A stretch of DNA of 63,051 nucleotides, filler included, from Globobulimina sp. (GCA_003354225.1; 53 parts of 53 records of this genome joined end to end with filler, not necessarily neighbours in it); one strand, 5' to 3'. Counted from the first letter of the whole stretch, positions 1 to 11,920 are shown. Numbers and translations: made by a program. Notes: generated by a model from the sequence alone, not told the origin.

Positions 1-385
1 TCCGCCTCCGATGTGAATCTCGGGCCATTTTTCGTGTATCGCCGCTATCGCGTCGATCACCGCTCGTCCGCAGGCTCCGCCGGCGGATACCGGGAAGAAG
101 CACGGGTCGATTATGATCTCGTCGAGCCGTTTTCCGCAAGCGGCGAACTTTTCGATGAGTTGAGCGGCCCGGTCGAGGCGATCTTCCACGCCTGTGGGCG
201 GACCGTCGTCGCTCATTTCCAGTCCGACAACCATGCAGTCGTATTTTGCGAGGATTTCCAAACGTTTTTCGAGATTGTCGGTTTCCAGCGAGATGCTGTT
301 GAGTATGGGTTTTGAGCCCTCTTTCGCCGTTGAGAGGCCTACTTCCAGCGCGTCGGGGTTGGCGGAGTCTATCGCAAGCGGAGTT
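1..385 (-). CDS. acsE: Bacterial methyltetrahydrofolate:corrinoid methyltransferase (AcsE/MeTr, pterin-binding TIM barrel), internal fragment; not in ORF track
   Basis: GC-rich; minus strand reads PLAIDSANPDALEVGL..KPILNSISLE..VEDRLDRAAQLIEK..IIIDPCFFPVS..AIAAIHEKWPEIHIGG, matching the IDS, NSISLE and DP motifs of the family. Confidence 0.8.
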
Positions 386-458
386 TGTTCTGCTTTATGG
401 CTTTATATATCACAGCGTCGTTCATGAGGAAGTATATGAAATTATAAATATAACTGAA

Positions 459-1092
459 CTATCTGCGACAACAGGCCTTATACTGCTTAACTTCAACCAA
501 AAACAATATATTTTCAACGGATAACTCGGATATTAGAAATTGTGTAAATGTCTCAAAGCCATATTGCGTGGACAACACCCGGTTCAGAGTGATTTTTTGC
601 GGGCCTGTGTTAGTTTCAATATCTTGCGTAGAATCTAAACCGCAGCTACATACCGACACTATTCCGTGTAATGACTTGTTATACGCTTCAAGATGTTTCA
701 AAGTGTCTCCACCGGCATAGCCTGTGATTAATTTGCGTAATACAAAAAAAGAAGCAATATACAATGAACACAATATGCTCAGAATACTGCACGATCCAGC
801 TATAAATGTCACAATTGCATCGATCTCATTATGATTGTTCGCTGAGACCACCAATATCATATTTAATACACGGCCAATAACCATAAACACAGCAAAACAC
901 AAATTAATGCGTTTTAATTCCTGCGCAATGCCATATTTATCAGATATTTTATGAATACGACGGATTAATATTAATATTAACACAAAGATAACTAAATAAC
1001 ATAAAATATTTACACCACGTAAGATTAATATACCGCCCCTTTGATGTGTCTCGTTACGAAACACAATAAATGGCAATATATCTGTCAAAAAG
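459..1092 (-). CDS. Multi-TM protein with C-terminal RGS domain (7TM-RGS-like), partial
   Basis: Three hydrophobic helices then LNRVLSTQYGFETFTQFLISELSVENILFLVEVKQYK (RGS helices 1-4). Confidence 0.8.
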
Positions 1093-1192
1093 NNNNNNNN
1101 NNNNNNNNNNNNNNNNNNNNNNNNNNNNNNNNNNNNTTAATTAATTAANNNNNNNNNNNNNNNNNNNNNNNNNNNNNNNNNNNNNNNNNNNN
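1093..1192. other. Artificial contig linker N44-TTAATTAATTAA-N44 (first of 52; recurs every 1192 then 1191 bp)
   Basis: Identical 100-bp spacer with stops in all six frames; 28x1092 + 25x1091 + 52x100 = 63051. Confidence 0.99.
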
Positions 1193-1200
1193 TTTTTATG

Positions 1201-1345
1201 AAAATCTGCGGCGCCACATATTTAATGAAAAAAGTGTGGCGCCACATAAATTGGAAAAGTGTGGCGCCACAAAAATAGAAAAAGTGAGACGCCACATAAA
1301 TTGAAAAAGTGCGACGCCACAGATGTGGCGCCGCAATGTGGCGCT
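1201..1345. repeat. About 25-bp tandem repeat with palindromic core TGTGGCGCCACA (about 5 units plus 2 partial)
   Basis: Units such as aaaagtgtggcgccacataaattgg repeated with point changes. Confidence 0.85.
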
Positions 1346-1545
1346 TTTAGTCTTACCGCCATGTGTTACATTATAGCAGTTCAAAACTCAGCGACCCAAC
1401 ATTATTGGATGAGAGTGCTTTCTTTTTGATTTTTGTTAAAATGTCAGTGTTTCTACAATATCCAAATTCCGTAAAAAAGATTTTGAAAAATTAATTGATT
1501 TAAATGAATTAGAAATAAATTAAATAAGAAAAAAAAACATGCGGT

Positions 1546-2284
1546 TTAATTTAGTCTAAATTTGAATTTGTTTGGAATAATTATATGAATTTCAAAAAAT
1601 TTCTTCAAGACATCATCGTTTTGTACAGCAAATTGGATATCATTCGGTTTGCACATAATTTGTAATTTTGTATCATTGGATAATACATTATTCCTATTAT
1701 TTTTTATAATTTTAATAATATTGTCGGCAATCAATGTGTCGATAATCGTATCAAATTCCCGCGACGACACTTTTGGTAAAATATATTTTTTAGCCATAAA
1801 TTGATAAAATTGCTGCAATTTGTTATAAATTACCACTTTTTTATTATCCTTTATTAAAACCGAACAAATGACCAAAATGGTTTTCTGCCGATCGGGCAAA
1901 TCGCGGATAATGTCAATGATTGGCGACTCAAAGGACGATGCTAAGATTTGCTTCATCTCTAAAAATCCAATCTTTTTCCTTTTATTATTATTATTATCAT
2001 TGCCAATCAACAATACATTTAATGCTTTCCTAACAATCTCCAACAATTTGCGAACATCGCCATACATCTTAGCCACTTTTTGTGCACATAATTTGATGGC
2101 AATATCATCAAAATATTTATGTGCATTCGCTCCCAATCTATGTCGGAATATGTCAATTAATTCATTTTTTGTATATGGTTTAAAAATTAATAATTCCGGC
2201 TCCAAATTTCTTTGTCTTAATCGTGGTAAAAAACGATCGGTTAAGTCGATGGAATTTGCAATACCAAACAATATTAATTTGGAG
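1546..2284 (-). CDS. CDC6: Cell division control protein 6, C-terminal part (AAA+ lid and winged helix)
   Basis: LILFGIANSIDLTDRFLPRL, FKPYTKNELIDI, AIKLCAQKVAKMYGDVRK. Confidence 0.88.
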
Positions 2285-2451
2285 NNNNNNNNNNNNNNNN
2301 NNNNNNNNNNNNNNNNNNNNNNNNNNNNTTAATTAATTAANNNNNNNNNNNNNNNNNNNNNNNNNNNNNNNNNNNNNNNNNNNNATGTTCTTTGTTGTTA
2401 TAAATCGGAAAAAAGAAAAAAAAAACAATGATGAAATAATGAAATAATTAG

Positions 2452-3476
2452 CGAGGTGTTGTGTCAATGTGGTCGTGTGACAATAATGGAACATTAAATT
2501 TATTATATACATTCAAATTAAAATATGCATGTTCCCATATCTCATTATATCATAACAATGATACAAATGAAACAAATGATAATGAGTTATCAGCATTTTA
2601 TATGTGTAATGACGAAGGAAAAATATATTTAACCACTGACGAAGGACATTGTAATGATATTTTAGATGTATTACAACAACAAAATGACAATGAACATGAA
2701 GCTGAAACTGAAACGGAAACGGAAATACATTTCAGATTGTTACAATTTATCGCATCACATAACAAATTGATATTTATCACCCAAGATATGACGTTATATG
2801 TGTACCAGTTATTACATAATAACATGAATGCTTTATCTTTGAATAAATCATTTAAATTATCCATAAAATCAAACAATGTGAATGTAATTTGTAGTTTTTT
2901 GTTTGATGGTTTAATTGCAATTTGTAATCAACAATCAGTGATCCATTTATTTGATATCATCAACAATGATAATTATATATTGTCATTAACTGATTCACTG
3001 CATTGTGCTGCACCAAATGACATGATTGACCGCATAAAATTCATCCAATCTACAAAAGTATTAATTGGTATCACCTTTAAACACAGAATTGTGTTATGGA
3101 AATATAATAATTCAAGTCAAACAAATGAAAGTGATTGGGATATATTACCACCGATAGCATTGTCTCAAAATATATCCCATATTGAAGCTGGTATAAGCTC
3201 TCAATTTTATAATCCAAACCATCTGGGAATTGCAGTATTTGTTGATTCCAAAAGTGAGGATAACAATGGTGAATTAAAGGTGTTTTGTGAAACGAAATTA
3301 CATTACAAATATTCAAATGGATATACCTTTGTTCAGTTTGCACAAAATAGACTATTAATATATTTATCTAACGATAAAATGAAAAAAATACGAACTCCGT
3401 TTACTATTTTAATCATAGCAAAAGCAGGAAATTTAGTATTTGTATCCAACGGCGAACAAGCTCATTTATATACGAT
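2452..3476 (+). CDS. IFT140: Intraflagellar transport protein 140, N-terminal WD40 region, partial exon after an acceptor at 2451
   Basis: GVVSMW..DNNG, EGKIYLTTDEG, FKLSIK, LFDIINNDNYILSL and RIVLWK follow the order of IFT140 motifs (GTVHYVDEKG, VKLSGK, FWDIERGENYILS, RVAMWR). Confidence 0.75.
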
Positions 3477-3731
3477 NNNNNNNNNNNNNNNNNNNNNNNN
3501 NNNNNNNNNNNNNNNNNNNNTTAATTAATTAANNNNNNNNNNNNNNNNNNNNNNNNNNNNNNNNNNNNNNNNNNNNACGCTATTTTGACACACAAATTAA
3601 GTTTTCAGTTCGTAGTGCACGTTTTTTTTTGAAAGAATGCCAATGTTTTGATGAATAGCAATTCAAAATCTATCTACTCAATTGAATTTTAAAAACACAT
3701 CTAAAAAGAAATAGTTTGAATTTTGATGTCA

Positions 3732-4220
3732 TTATCTAACTGAGGAATGTATTGATTGATATTGATAAATACCATTGTTGCTGAGTGGTCTTGCAATTGT
3801 TACATTCTTCTTCCTGCAACTTTCCAAAATACTATGGCAACATTTTTTAATCATTAATCCAGTGGCCGTTCCACTACCTACACCCACTGTCAACGGGCAC
3901 CAAATATTCTTTGTGAAATCAGTGAGTCCCCCGGTCTCCTCCCATTCACCAACAATAGCCCCTACAGCTGCGGTAGCTGCGAAACAACCGGTGACCGCAG
4001 CACACCACATAGTTGCATTGCAGTCATACTGTCTGGACTTTGGACATAAGCCCAATGATAAACCAACCATAAATCCTGCACACAAAGATGGAATTGTTCC
4101 TGATTGGGTAAATTTATCAAATCCAACACGGGTACTGTCATCAGGATTAACAGCAACAGGCGCCATTGCTGATAATGTCAATTGCCAGGTTAACATTAAT
4201 GCTGTTAATGTTAATAACAT
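3732..4220 (-). CDS. Small secreted or membrane protein, Gly/Ala/Cys-rich hydrophobic segments
   Basis: Complete 162-aa ORF, signal-peptide-like N-terminus, three Gly-rich apolar stretches. Confidence 0.6.
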   Translation of the reverse strand: MLLTLTALMLTWQLTLSAMAPVAVNPDDSTRVGFDKFTQSGTIPSLCAGFMVGLSLGLCPKSRQYDCNATMWCAAVTGCFAATAAVGAIVGEWEETGGLTDFTKNIWCPLTVGVGSGTATGLMIKKCCHSILESCRKKNVTIARPLSNNGIYQYQSIHSSVR

Positions 4221-4335
4221 GATACGAATTAATTGATTGAATGTAAGTGGATAGATTAGAGCGGAGATATAGGATAGGAAGAGATTGCTGCGGTGTTACT
4301 GTTGCATGCAATATTGTTTGCGGTTTTGCGAAATG

Positions 4336-4668
4336 TTATACTGTAATATCTGGCAGCTGCATGTCACTGATCACCATGTAATCCTTGCGAGATTGTGTTC
4401 TGTTTTCATTTTGTAATAAATAGCATCTTACAGAAAATGACTCGCGAAACAATCCTCTGGAACAATTTTTTATTAAATTTGTTTGTATTTCGTCATTGTT
4501 TTGCATGGCAACATTAAAAATGGTTTGATTTTTGCCATTTTTATGCGTGAATAAATCTGAAATAAGTTTATTATCATTCACCATTTGCAAACATTGTAAT
4601 ATCTTTGCGAATATTCCTCTTTTTTTGACAGCAGCCATCAAAAAAGTGTCCCCGCCGCTGGTTGCTTG
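4336..4668 (-). CDS. Ankyrin-repeat-like protein, C-terminal fragment
   Basis: GGDTFLMAAVKK and NGKNQTIFNVAMQNND resemble ankyrin G-x-T-x-L/F-x-x-A motifs. Confidence 0.5.
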   Translation of the reverse strand, partial: QATSGGDTFLMAAVKKRGIFAKILQCLQMVNDNKLISDLFTHKNGKNQTIFNVAMQNNDEIQTNLIKNCSRGLFRESFSVRCYLLQNENRTQSRKDYMVISDMQLPDITV

Positions 4669-4768
4669 NNNNNNNNNNNNNNNNNNNNNNNNNNNNNNNN
4701 NNNNNNNNNNNNTTAATTAATTAANNNNNNNNNNNNNNNNNNNNNNNNNNNNNNNNNNNNNNNNNNNN

Positions 4769-5749
4769 CAAACAACAGCACAAATGGACTTATTAATGTT
4801 TGTTTGGAGAGTCAACCCCCAGAGTTTCACAGATATTATGTTAGGAATCATGAAAAATACAAAGAAAACCAAACATTTAATCAGAGCAAATCTCACAACG
4901 ACAATAAATAATATATTTAAGGATAAATCAAATGTGTCAACATTTTTCAATGAAGTAATAATAATATTCAATAACTGGTCTTTATATGTTGGAAAACAGA
5001 GAAATGATTTGATAACGAGCTTGAATGCGATGTACAAAAAGAAAAATATCAACAAAGTGAATGCCGCAGATGAAGTTGACAGATATGTCAGAATGCTAAA
5101 TGTGGCACTAAGTGACTGGCAAAGAGCGTCAATCTTAATAACACAATTAATCATCGATCCATTATTGAATGAACAGTTATTCTATCTATTTTTAAATGAG
5201 TCAATGGCCATAGAAGTCGAAGACGCCATATCCATTACAATATCATTACAACATGTCACACTTCGTTCGAATCTTGAAACAGAAAAGAAATTGCAAACGA
5301 TGATGGACCCAATGTGGTTACAATACATGTTTACTGATTATGACCACGTAAAATTAATTAAAACACAGCAAACTTTAATGAACCATCAGCAGTCTCTAAA
5401 TAATCAAAATTCAACAACAAATACAACAAATCAGCAAAATAAACATAATAATACTAGAGGGGGCAAAGCAAACAATTTTAACAATAATCGATATCAACAA
5501 TTATCAAACCAAGAAAGAGAAGCAAGAATTACGCGGATAAAAAATTGGATGGATACAACTCGATCAAAATTGAAAGAAAAATACAAAAAGGATTTCAGCG
5601 GATATTACTGCGCTGGACACAATATGGAAAATGAAAAATGTTTCTCCAAAGGCCAAAACTGTAGGACTGGAGGAATGAAACGTGTTCATACGTGTTTATG
5701 TGGAGATTCTTCACATACAATTCCTTTTTGTAGCGAGATATTTAAATAA
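4769..5749 (+). mobile_element. Gag-like ORF with C-terminal Cys/His finger, DIRS/Ngaro (tyrosine-recombinase retrotransposon) type, partial
   Basis: N/Q-rich linker then C-x9-C-x6-C-x8-H-x-C-x-C-x4-H-x4-C immediately before the stop. Confidence 0.5.
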
Positions 5750-5960
5750 ACATTAATTTTTATTTGATTGACAACTAATAAATTTCGTTTTTGATTTAAT
5801 TAAATAATTGATTGATTCCCATTCTTTTAAAATTAGTTATCTATAATTATGCAGCTACCANNNNNNNNNNNNNNNNNNNNNNNNNNNNNNNNNNNNNNNN
5901 NNNNTTAATTAATTAANNNNNNNNNNNNNNNNNNNNNNNNNNNNNNNNNNNNNNNNNNNN

Positions 5961-7052
5961 AAGTATTTTATATTGCCCAATCAACGATACATGGCAGAGT
6001 ATTACAGATAAAATGCTGTTGCAATTCCAGATAAACAAAGCACAGCATAGAATCACCAGTCTGTATTGGAAGTGCGACGGTAAAAATATAACACGAGATA
6101 TCGATCGATTTAAATGGGCGACAACCAGATGGGGACAAGATGATATTTTTGAAATTAAAATTGCTGCGAATAATATTGTGGCAGATTCCTGGGCTCCCAC
6201 ATTTAGCAATACTTTGTCGCCCACAGATATCCCCACAACTGAGATACTGTCGCCATGGTCCAGCAACTCGCTCAATTTGCCTTCGATCCCACGACAAATG
6301 TCATTGGATACCACCGGCAATATCTCTTCTAATCCATTCACATTCTCCTACCAATTCACTGGGAAATCGTCCATTAGATCGAGTAACACGGATAGGTCGG
6401 CCAGAAGGGTCAGGTTTGACGACTCGAAACCGATCATACACGAATATGATGATAGGGAGAAGATAGATGTTTTATCCATGGATCATAGTAGCAGCGAGAC
6501 GGTAATATTAGAATACCCGGAGGAGGCTGAGGAGCAAAAGGAGGAATATAAACCGTTCCTATCTTCGAATGGAATGCCGTATAAATATTCTGCGTCATTG
6601 TCGACCGGAGTGTATGGCTCGAATCTGTATTATGAAGATTGCAGACAACAGTGGCTGAATAATAATAGAGATGCGATTGGCGAATATCGTCAGTTGGATG
6701 TTGTTAAGCGTTTGGATTATTCAGTACCGAATAAAATATCCACGGATCACCTGTCACACAAATTGTTTATTGAAGGTACACAAACGTTGCAATTGCATGG
6801 TGCTGCTGAGTACAATGATATTATTGTCACAAACACAACGAATGAACATTATGCTCTTGATTTAGGTATTTGTTATGTTTAAATTTTTTATTAACAATTG
6901 TTTGTTTTTTGTGGTTAGGTGTTGCTATATTTGAGATCCAAAAGGATCCGGACGAAGATTGGAGAGCTATTTTGTACGATGTTTGTTTGTATCATCTCAT
7001 AGAATGCAGATTGCAAAATATACCGATGTTCAATGTGACTAATATTAAATTT
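5961..7052 (+). CDS. Hypothetical eukaryotic protein, partial; intron 6866-6918
   Basis: Open from 5962; a GT..AG 53-nt phase-1 intron joins ORF 6013-6882 to VAIFEIQKDPDEDW. Confidence 0.6.
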
Positions 7053-7268
7053 NNNNNNNNNNNNNNNNNNNNNNNNNNNNNNNNNNNNNNNNNNNNTTAA
7101 TTAATTAANNNNNNNNNNNNNNNNNNNNNNNNNNNNNNNNNNNNNNNNNNNNTCAGGTTCTGAAACAAAAGGGATCGAAGACATGATTTTGCAATAAACA
7201 GTCTTTTTTAAAAAAAGTCACACTGTGCGAATGGACGCAAAACATGGTGTCCCTGTTTTAGTTTTGAT

Positions 7269-7924
7269 ATGAATAAATCACAAAATAACTTGAAAATTAT
7301 GGATGTTGCTTGTGGCATTGGCGCGTATATAAGACGTATACATGGATTAGGAATAGCGGCGAGTATTATCGGAGTTGACACATCGGAATTAATGTTGAAT
7401 GAAGCAAAAAACTTAAGTGCAATTAATGATGGTATCATTGAATATATTCAATTAGATGCAAAATTATTGATTGACTGTACTGATTTTCATGATCAATTTG
7501 ATATCATTAATGCTTCCTGGCTCTATAATTACGCAGACAATAGGCAAGATTTGGTATCAATGATGAATGGTATTTATAAATGTTTAAAACCAAAAACTGG
7601 CATTCATATAGGAATAACAATAAATCCAGATGTTGTTGGTGATAATCAGCAATCGTTTGATAAATATGGAATACAAATATATTTTCCAAATCAATCGATT
7701 GGTTATAAACCTACAAATATTAATGGAGAAAACCAACTCATCTTTCAACAATGTGGTATAGTAAAGAAACATATGTTGCATGTTTTGAAGAGGTAAATTT
7801 CAAAAATATTCAATTTATTCATCCAAATAAATGGAATTCAGTTAATGAACCTGAATCAGCATTGTTTAAAGATTATACAGAAGATAACCCAGCAATGGTA
7901 TTATTTAAAGCAATGAAAATGTAA
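7269..7924 (+). CDS. Class I SAM-dependent methyltransferase (ToxA-like), with a -1 frame break near 7730
   Basis: MDVACGIG, GVDTSELM, FDIINASWLYNYA; the family-like C-terminus WYSKETYVACFEEVNF..DNPAMVLFKAMKM* lies in the -1 frame. Confidence 0.75.
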
Positions 7925-8344
7925 ACTCAGACTCATTAACTTTCCGTGTCGGCAAGTGTTGCATCACCATTTTACAAAACAGCTCATGCTAATTTCTGAT
8001 TCAACCAAACAAAAAAAATGAATTGAATTAAATATCGGTGTCTTGCTTGAAAGAAAGGGTCATATCCAATCTCTACAGAAAGATTTCCTTTTGACAGCAT
8101 TTGTATATCCTTCAACAAATTTATATTGTACCGGATACTCATATTTTTCAACCTTACTTTGCCTGTTATGGGAAGCAATAAAATTTTTAAATTTTGACGG
8201 TGTTTGAGAAGGTTGAGATTGCCGATGGTCATTATCATTCCCATNNNNNNNNNNNNNNNNNNNNNNNNNNNNNNNNNNNNNNNNNNNNTTAATTAATTAA
8301 NNNNNNNNNNNNNNNNNNNNNNNNNNNNNNNNNNNNNNNNNNNN

Positions 8345-9325
8345 TGCTTGCGGCGGTTGCGTCTCTTTCTTATGCCGCCGCAAATCGGACAACACGTTGC
8401 CTAATACACCTGGATCATAATTGGACGGTCCACCCGGCGTAATACCCGGCGTTACCCCATCGGTCACATCATTGGACTGTGGATGCGCGCCATCGCTCGG
8501 TACCGGATATAAAACCTGAGTGTCGCCTTCGGGATCGAATGCCAACAAATTGCGTATTTCATCGCGCATTTGGAGCTTGGACGGGGTGTCAATGCGAGAA
8601 ATACCATTCTTATTCAACGCCGGAGTGGACAGCAAATGCTCTCGATCATTGGATATGGATTTACGTTTCAACCGCGGCCTTACACGCGATTTCTCATCGT
8701 CTTGTGGCGTGAACGGTGCTTTGTGCAAATTGGATGGTAACGGTGCACCAGCATAGGATTGATGGCGTTTGCGGCCTCTGTTGGCACTCCGCACTGAGTT
8801 TGCTTTGCATTTTTTAGGCTGTGGGGAATAGGTTTTTTTGTGTTGAGGCGACAGGTCACGCTTTTTGGAGCTGTATCGCTTCACTAAATTGACGTAGATC
8901 TGCTTCTTGCAGCCTTGTAAGAAATTAATATTGTTGTGGTCTAACCAGTGCTGCAAACGCGATATGGTCATTTTTTCGGGATCCGTGTCCAAGTAAAAGA
9001 TTTTAGTCATATTACCATTGCTATAATCGCCGCCATTTTCGCTCGCTCTCTCACCGTCGTCGTCATCGGATTCATTTTCCGACGAATTTGCATCATTTTC
9101 GGCTTGCATTTGCGATAAATTGTGTGGGTCGGCGGTGGCTCTGCGCATTTTGGCGCGTTTTTTGGTTAATACACGAACGATGGACGGCGACTGTTTCTTG
9201 GGCGTTTTCCTTTGTATGCGGATTACTTTTTTTTTGGAGCGGTTAAGTGCTGGCGATTTGTTTCGGTTTTTTCGTGGCGTTATGGATTGGGATTGGGTTT
9301 TTTTCTTTGTGCGAGAGTTCGACAT
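8345..9325 (-). CDS. Basic disordered protein with LEM-like/HeH domain (Src1/MAN1/LAP2-type nuclear envelope protein), N-terminal part
   Basis: YLDTDPEKMTISRLQHWLDHNNINFLQGCKKQIYVNLV resembles the LEM-like/HeH consensus; many SP/TP sites. Confidence 0.6.
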
Positions 9326-9536
9326 TATCGGTTTTTTCTTTTTCGAACGCGATCGTTGTATGCTGTGCTGACTTTGGTTGGTTGTGTTGATGCGAGAGGA
9401 GGAGTTTTTTTTTTGTTTTTGTAAAAGTTGAAAATANNNNNNNNNNNNNNNNNNNNNNNNNNNNNNNNNNNNNNNNNNNNTTAATTAATTAANNNNNNNN
9501 NNNNNNNNNNNNNNNNNNNNNNNNNNNNNNNNNNNN

Positions 9537-10035
9537 TTGTACTCCAACATATGAGATTGAGGTAGATATATATTTGTATATAGTTATATAATATATTACT
9601 AATTTTATTTAGTTTAAGCGATGGTTAATCAATAAAGGCATGGGATCATTATATGGTAAGTTTAAAAATTTCAAGTATAATGATATCCGATTGTTGGAGT
9701 ATTTGGGCATTAATGAATTGACATTGGTGGGAATCAGCGAATTGCACATTAGGAAGTTTCAAAAACAAATTAAAATGTTCAAAAGTAATATGAAAAAATT
9801 TGCTGACTGGTTCAAAATTATCGGTGTATACAATGAATATTATGAAAAACTGGAAAGTAAAGGGATACTCACATTCGAATCCTTTTATCATTTTATTGAC
9901 TGTCCGCATGACATTGAGCTTATTATTGGCAAACAAAATAAGTTCGATGCAGTTTATATTTGGAATTCGACGCCAAAATATTCACGAAGAATTGGAGAAA
10001 GTCAAACAGAAAAGGAAGGTCATATCAATAGATAA
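9537..10035 (+). CDS. C-terminal tandem SAM-like domain protein; intron 9562-9612
   Basis: In-frame 51-nt GT..AG intron; FKRWLINKGMGSLYGKF..LTLVGISELHIRKF followed by a second similar unit. Confidence 0.6.
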
Positions 10036-10156
10036 GACAAATTAGACAATATATTTATATTTTTTTGATCTTTTGATGGAACCTAATGGGTAATTAAATG
10101 TTGTCTTGAGTTAAAATTAATTTTCAAAGTGAACGTAAGTTACTCGACTTACCATC

Positions 10157-10628
10157 ATGCAGCGTCGCGAACTATTAGCAATGAGCAAAAAGGATCTAAT
10201 AAAGAAATTGAAGAAATTCAAGTTACCAATCACAGGATCAAAAAGGGAAATGGTGCAACGACTCATTGATCAAATGCAAAAAAAAAGCAATACAAAACAA
10301 ACACGCCAACAAAAACAGAAACGAGTTGGTGGTAGGAAGGAAATCAAACGACAGATGGAAGAAATGAAAAAACATCGTAAAAAACGGGCATTTAACCCGT
10401 TACAAGCTACAGATCATATGATTGTAATTAATGGAAAGAAAAAAGATCATACGATTGTAATGAATCCGTATATCGAGAATGATGAAGCAAACGAAGCTAA
10501 AACTGATACATGCCATGCTCCACAATGCTTTGCAATGCTTCGTGAAATCCCTGTTCTCCTTCAAACCACTATCGACCAGTTTTCTTATTTCAAATCAAAA
10601 CAGAAACACTCTCACACATATTCAAAGA
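10157..10628 (+). CDS. SAP-domain protein, N-terminal part
   Basis: LLAMSKKDLIKKLKKFKLPITGSKREMVQRL fits the SAP consensus. Confidence 0.7.
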
Positions 10629-10728
10629 NNNNNNNNNNNNNNNNNNNNNNNNNNNNNNNNNNNNNNNNNNNNTTAATTAATTAANNNNNNNNNNNNNNNN
10701 NNNNNNNNNNNNNNNNNNNNNNNNNNNN

Positions 10729-11417
10729 TTTCCATAGAGTTTGGGCCTCCATTCGTAGTCATTGCGTCTGTATCCATGGCCGTGGCCGCCACTCGATTGT
10801 GGTAAGCCGTTGGTGTCATAAAAGCGAAATTTGTTCACGTCTTTCCTTACAAATCCAAATATAATCTCTAATAAACGAAAGCATTCGATATCTAATTCGA
10901 TGCAGCGTTTGCAAAGAATGAGTATTAAACGAAAGAAGTGGTTCAATGGGAACACGGAGGTGTTGGTCGGTTTGGTGTACGCTAAGGACTCGGTCAGTTT
11001 TGGTATCACTTCGTAAATCATGTTGTTTGTCTGCGGCGACATTGAGGGCTGTTCCCCGGCTTTGCCGTAATTGTCGGGGCTGTGACAGGGTGTTTCTATC
11101 TCATTCAATTCGAAAAGACATTCTTCCACATAATACTCCATATATTGCAAGAATTTGACGGGGTCTTTGGTGGATTTGATGGCGCGCTCCATCCAACTCA
11201 CGTATTTCATGCATAGTTTCTCCTCCTCCCACACAGTGTGCACGTCTTCGCGCGTCAATTCTATCAATTCGTTGTAATTCTGAGGTTTGGTTTTTATTCG
11301 ACCCTACATTTTGTTTATGTATATTTGTTATTAGTTATTACATAGTTTTACATTAAGTTTTGGTGATTGGGAGCTTGATATCGATGGTTTGGATGGGGAT
11401 TGGTTTGGTGTTGCCAT
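10729..11417 (-). CDS. Eukaryotic protein N-terminus, possibly USP9/USP24-like; intron 11304-11351
   Basis: ATG at 11417, 48-nt in-frame intron; weak resemblance of RLILILC..LLEIIF..FRFYDTNG to the USP9 N-terminal region. Confidence 0.45.
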
Positions 11418-11920
11418 TAATAGTGAATACGAATACTATCAGTCACGACTCACCAGAACGTATTGAATAAGACGGTTTTTTGCAGAAAAACTAAGTAGTT
11501 TTTAGATAGCGACAGACAGATAAGTTCTTAGATTGCGTATACTCATTGATATAGGATCCGATATGGAATCATATGCATCGATTTGGCGTTTGGTCAGACA
11601 TTAATTAATCAAATGATCGATTTTAATTTAATTAATGCGTAGAAAGACATTACATTTACATTTAAATATATGGAGAAATATACAACAGATGACTACATAA
11701 ACAAGAACAGGAAAAAGAGCGCGAAAAAAAGATAAAAAAGAAGTGTATACGGAGCATTGTTGCCTTTTATTTGAATGATTCGCCCATTCTACATTTTAAT
11801 CGCCAGGTTGTGGGCAGAAANNNNNNNNNNNNNNNNNNNNNNNNNNNNNNNNNNNNNNNNNNNNTTAATTAATTAANNNNNNNNNNNNNNNNNNNNNNNN
11901 NNNNNNNNNNNNNNNNNNNN

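Noticed and set aside
13..524. Plus-strand ORFs 13-315, 194-427 and 312-524
   Set aside because: Antisense shadows of the minus-strand AcsE-like and RGS frames
1201..1345. CRISPR array
   Set aside because: Units are contiguous with near-identical short linkers, no unique spacers and no cas genes
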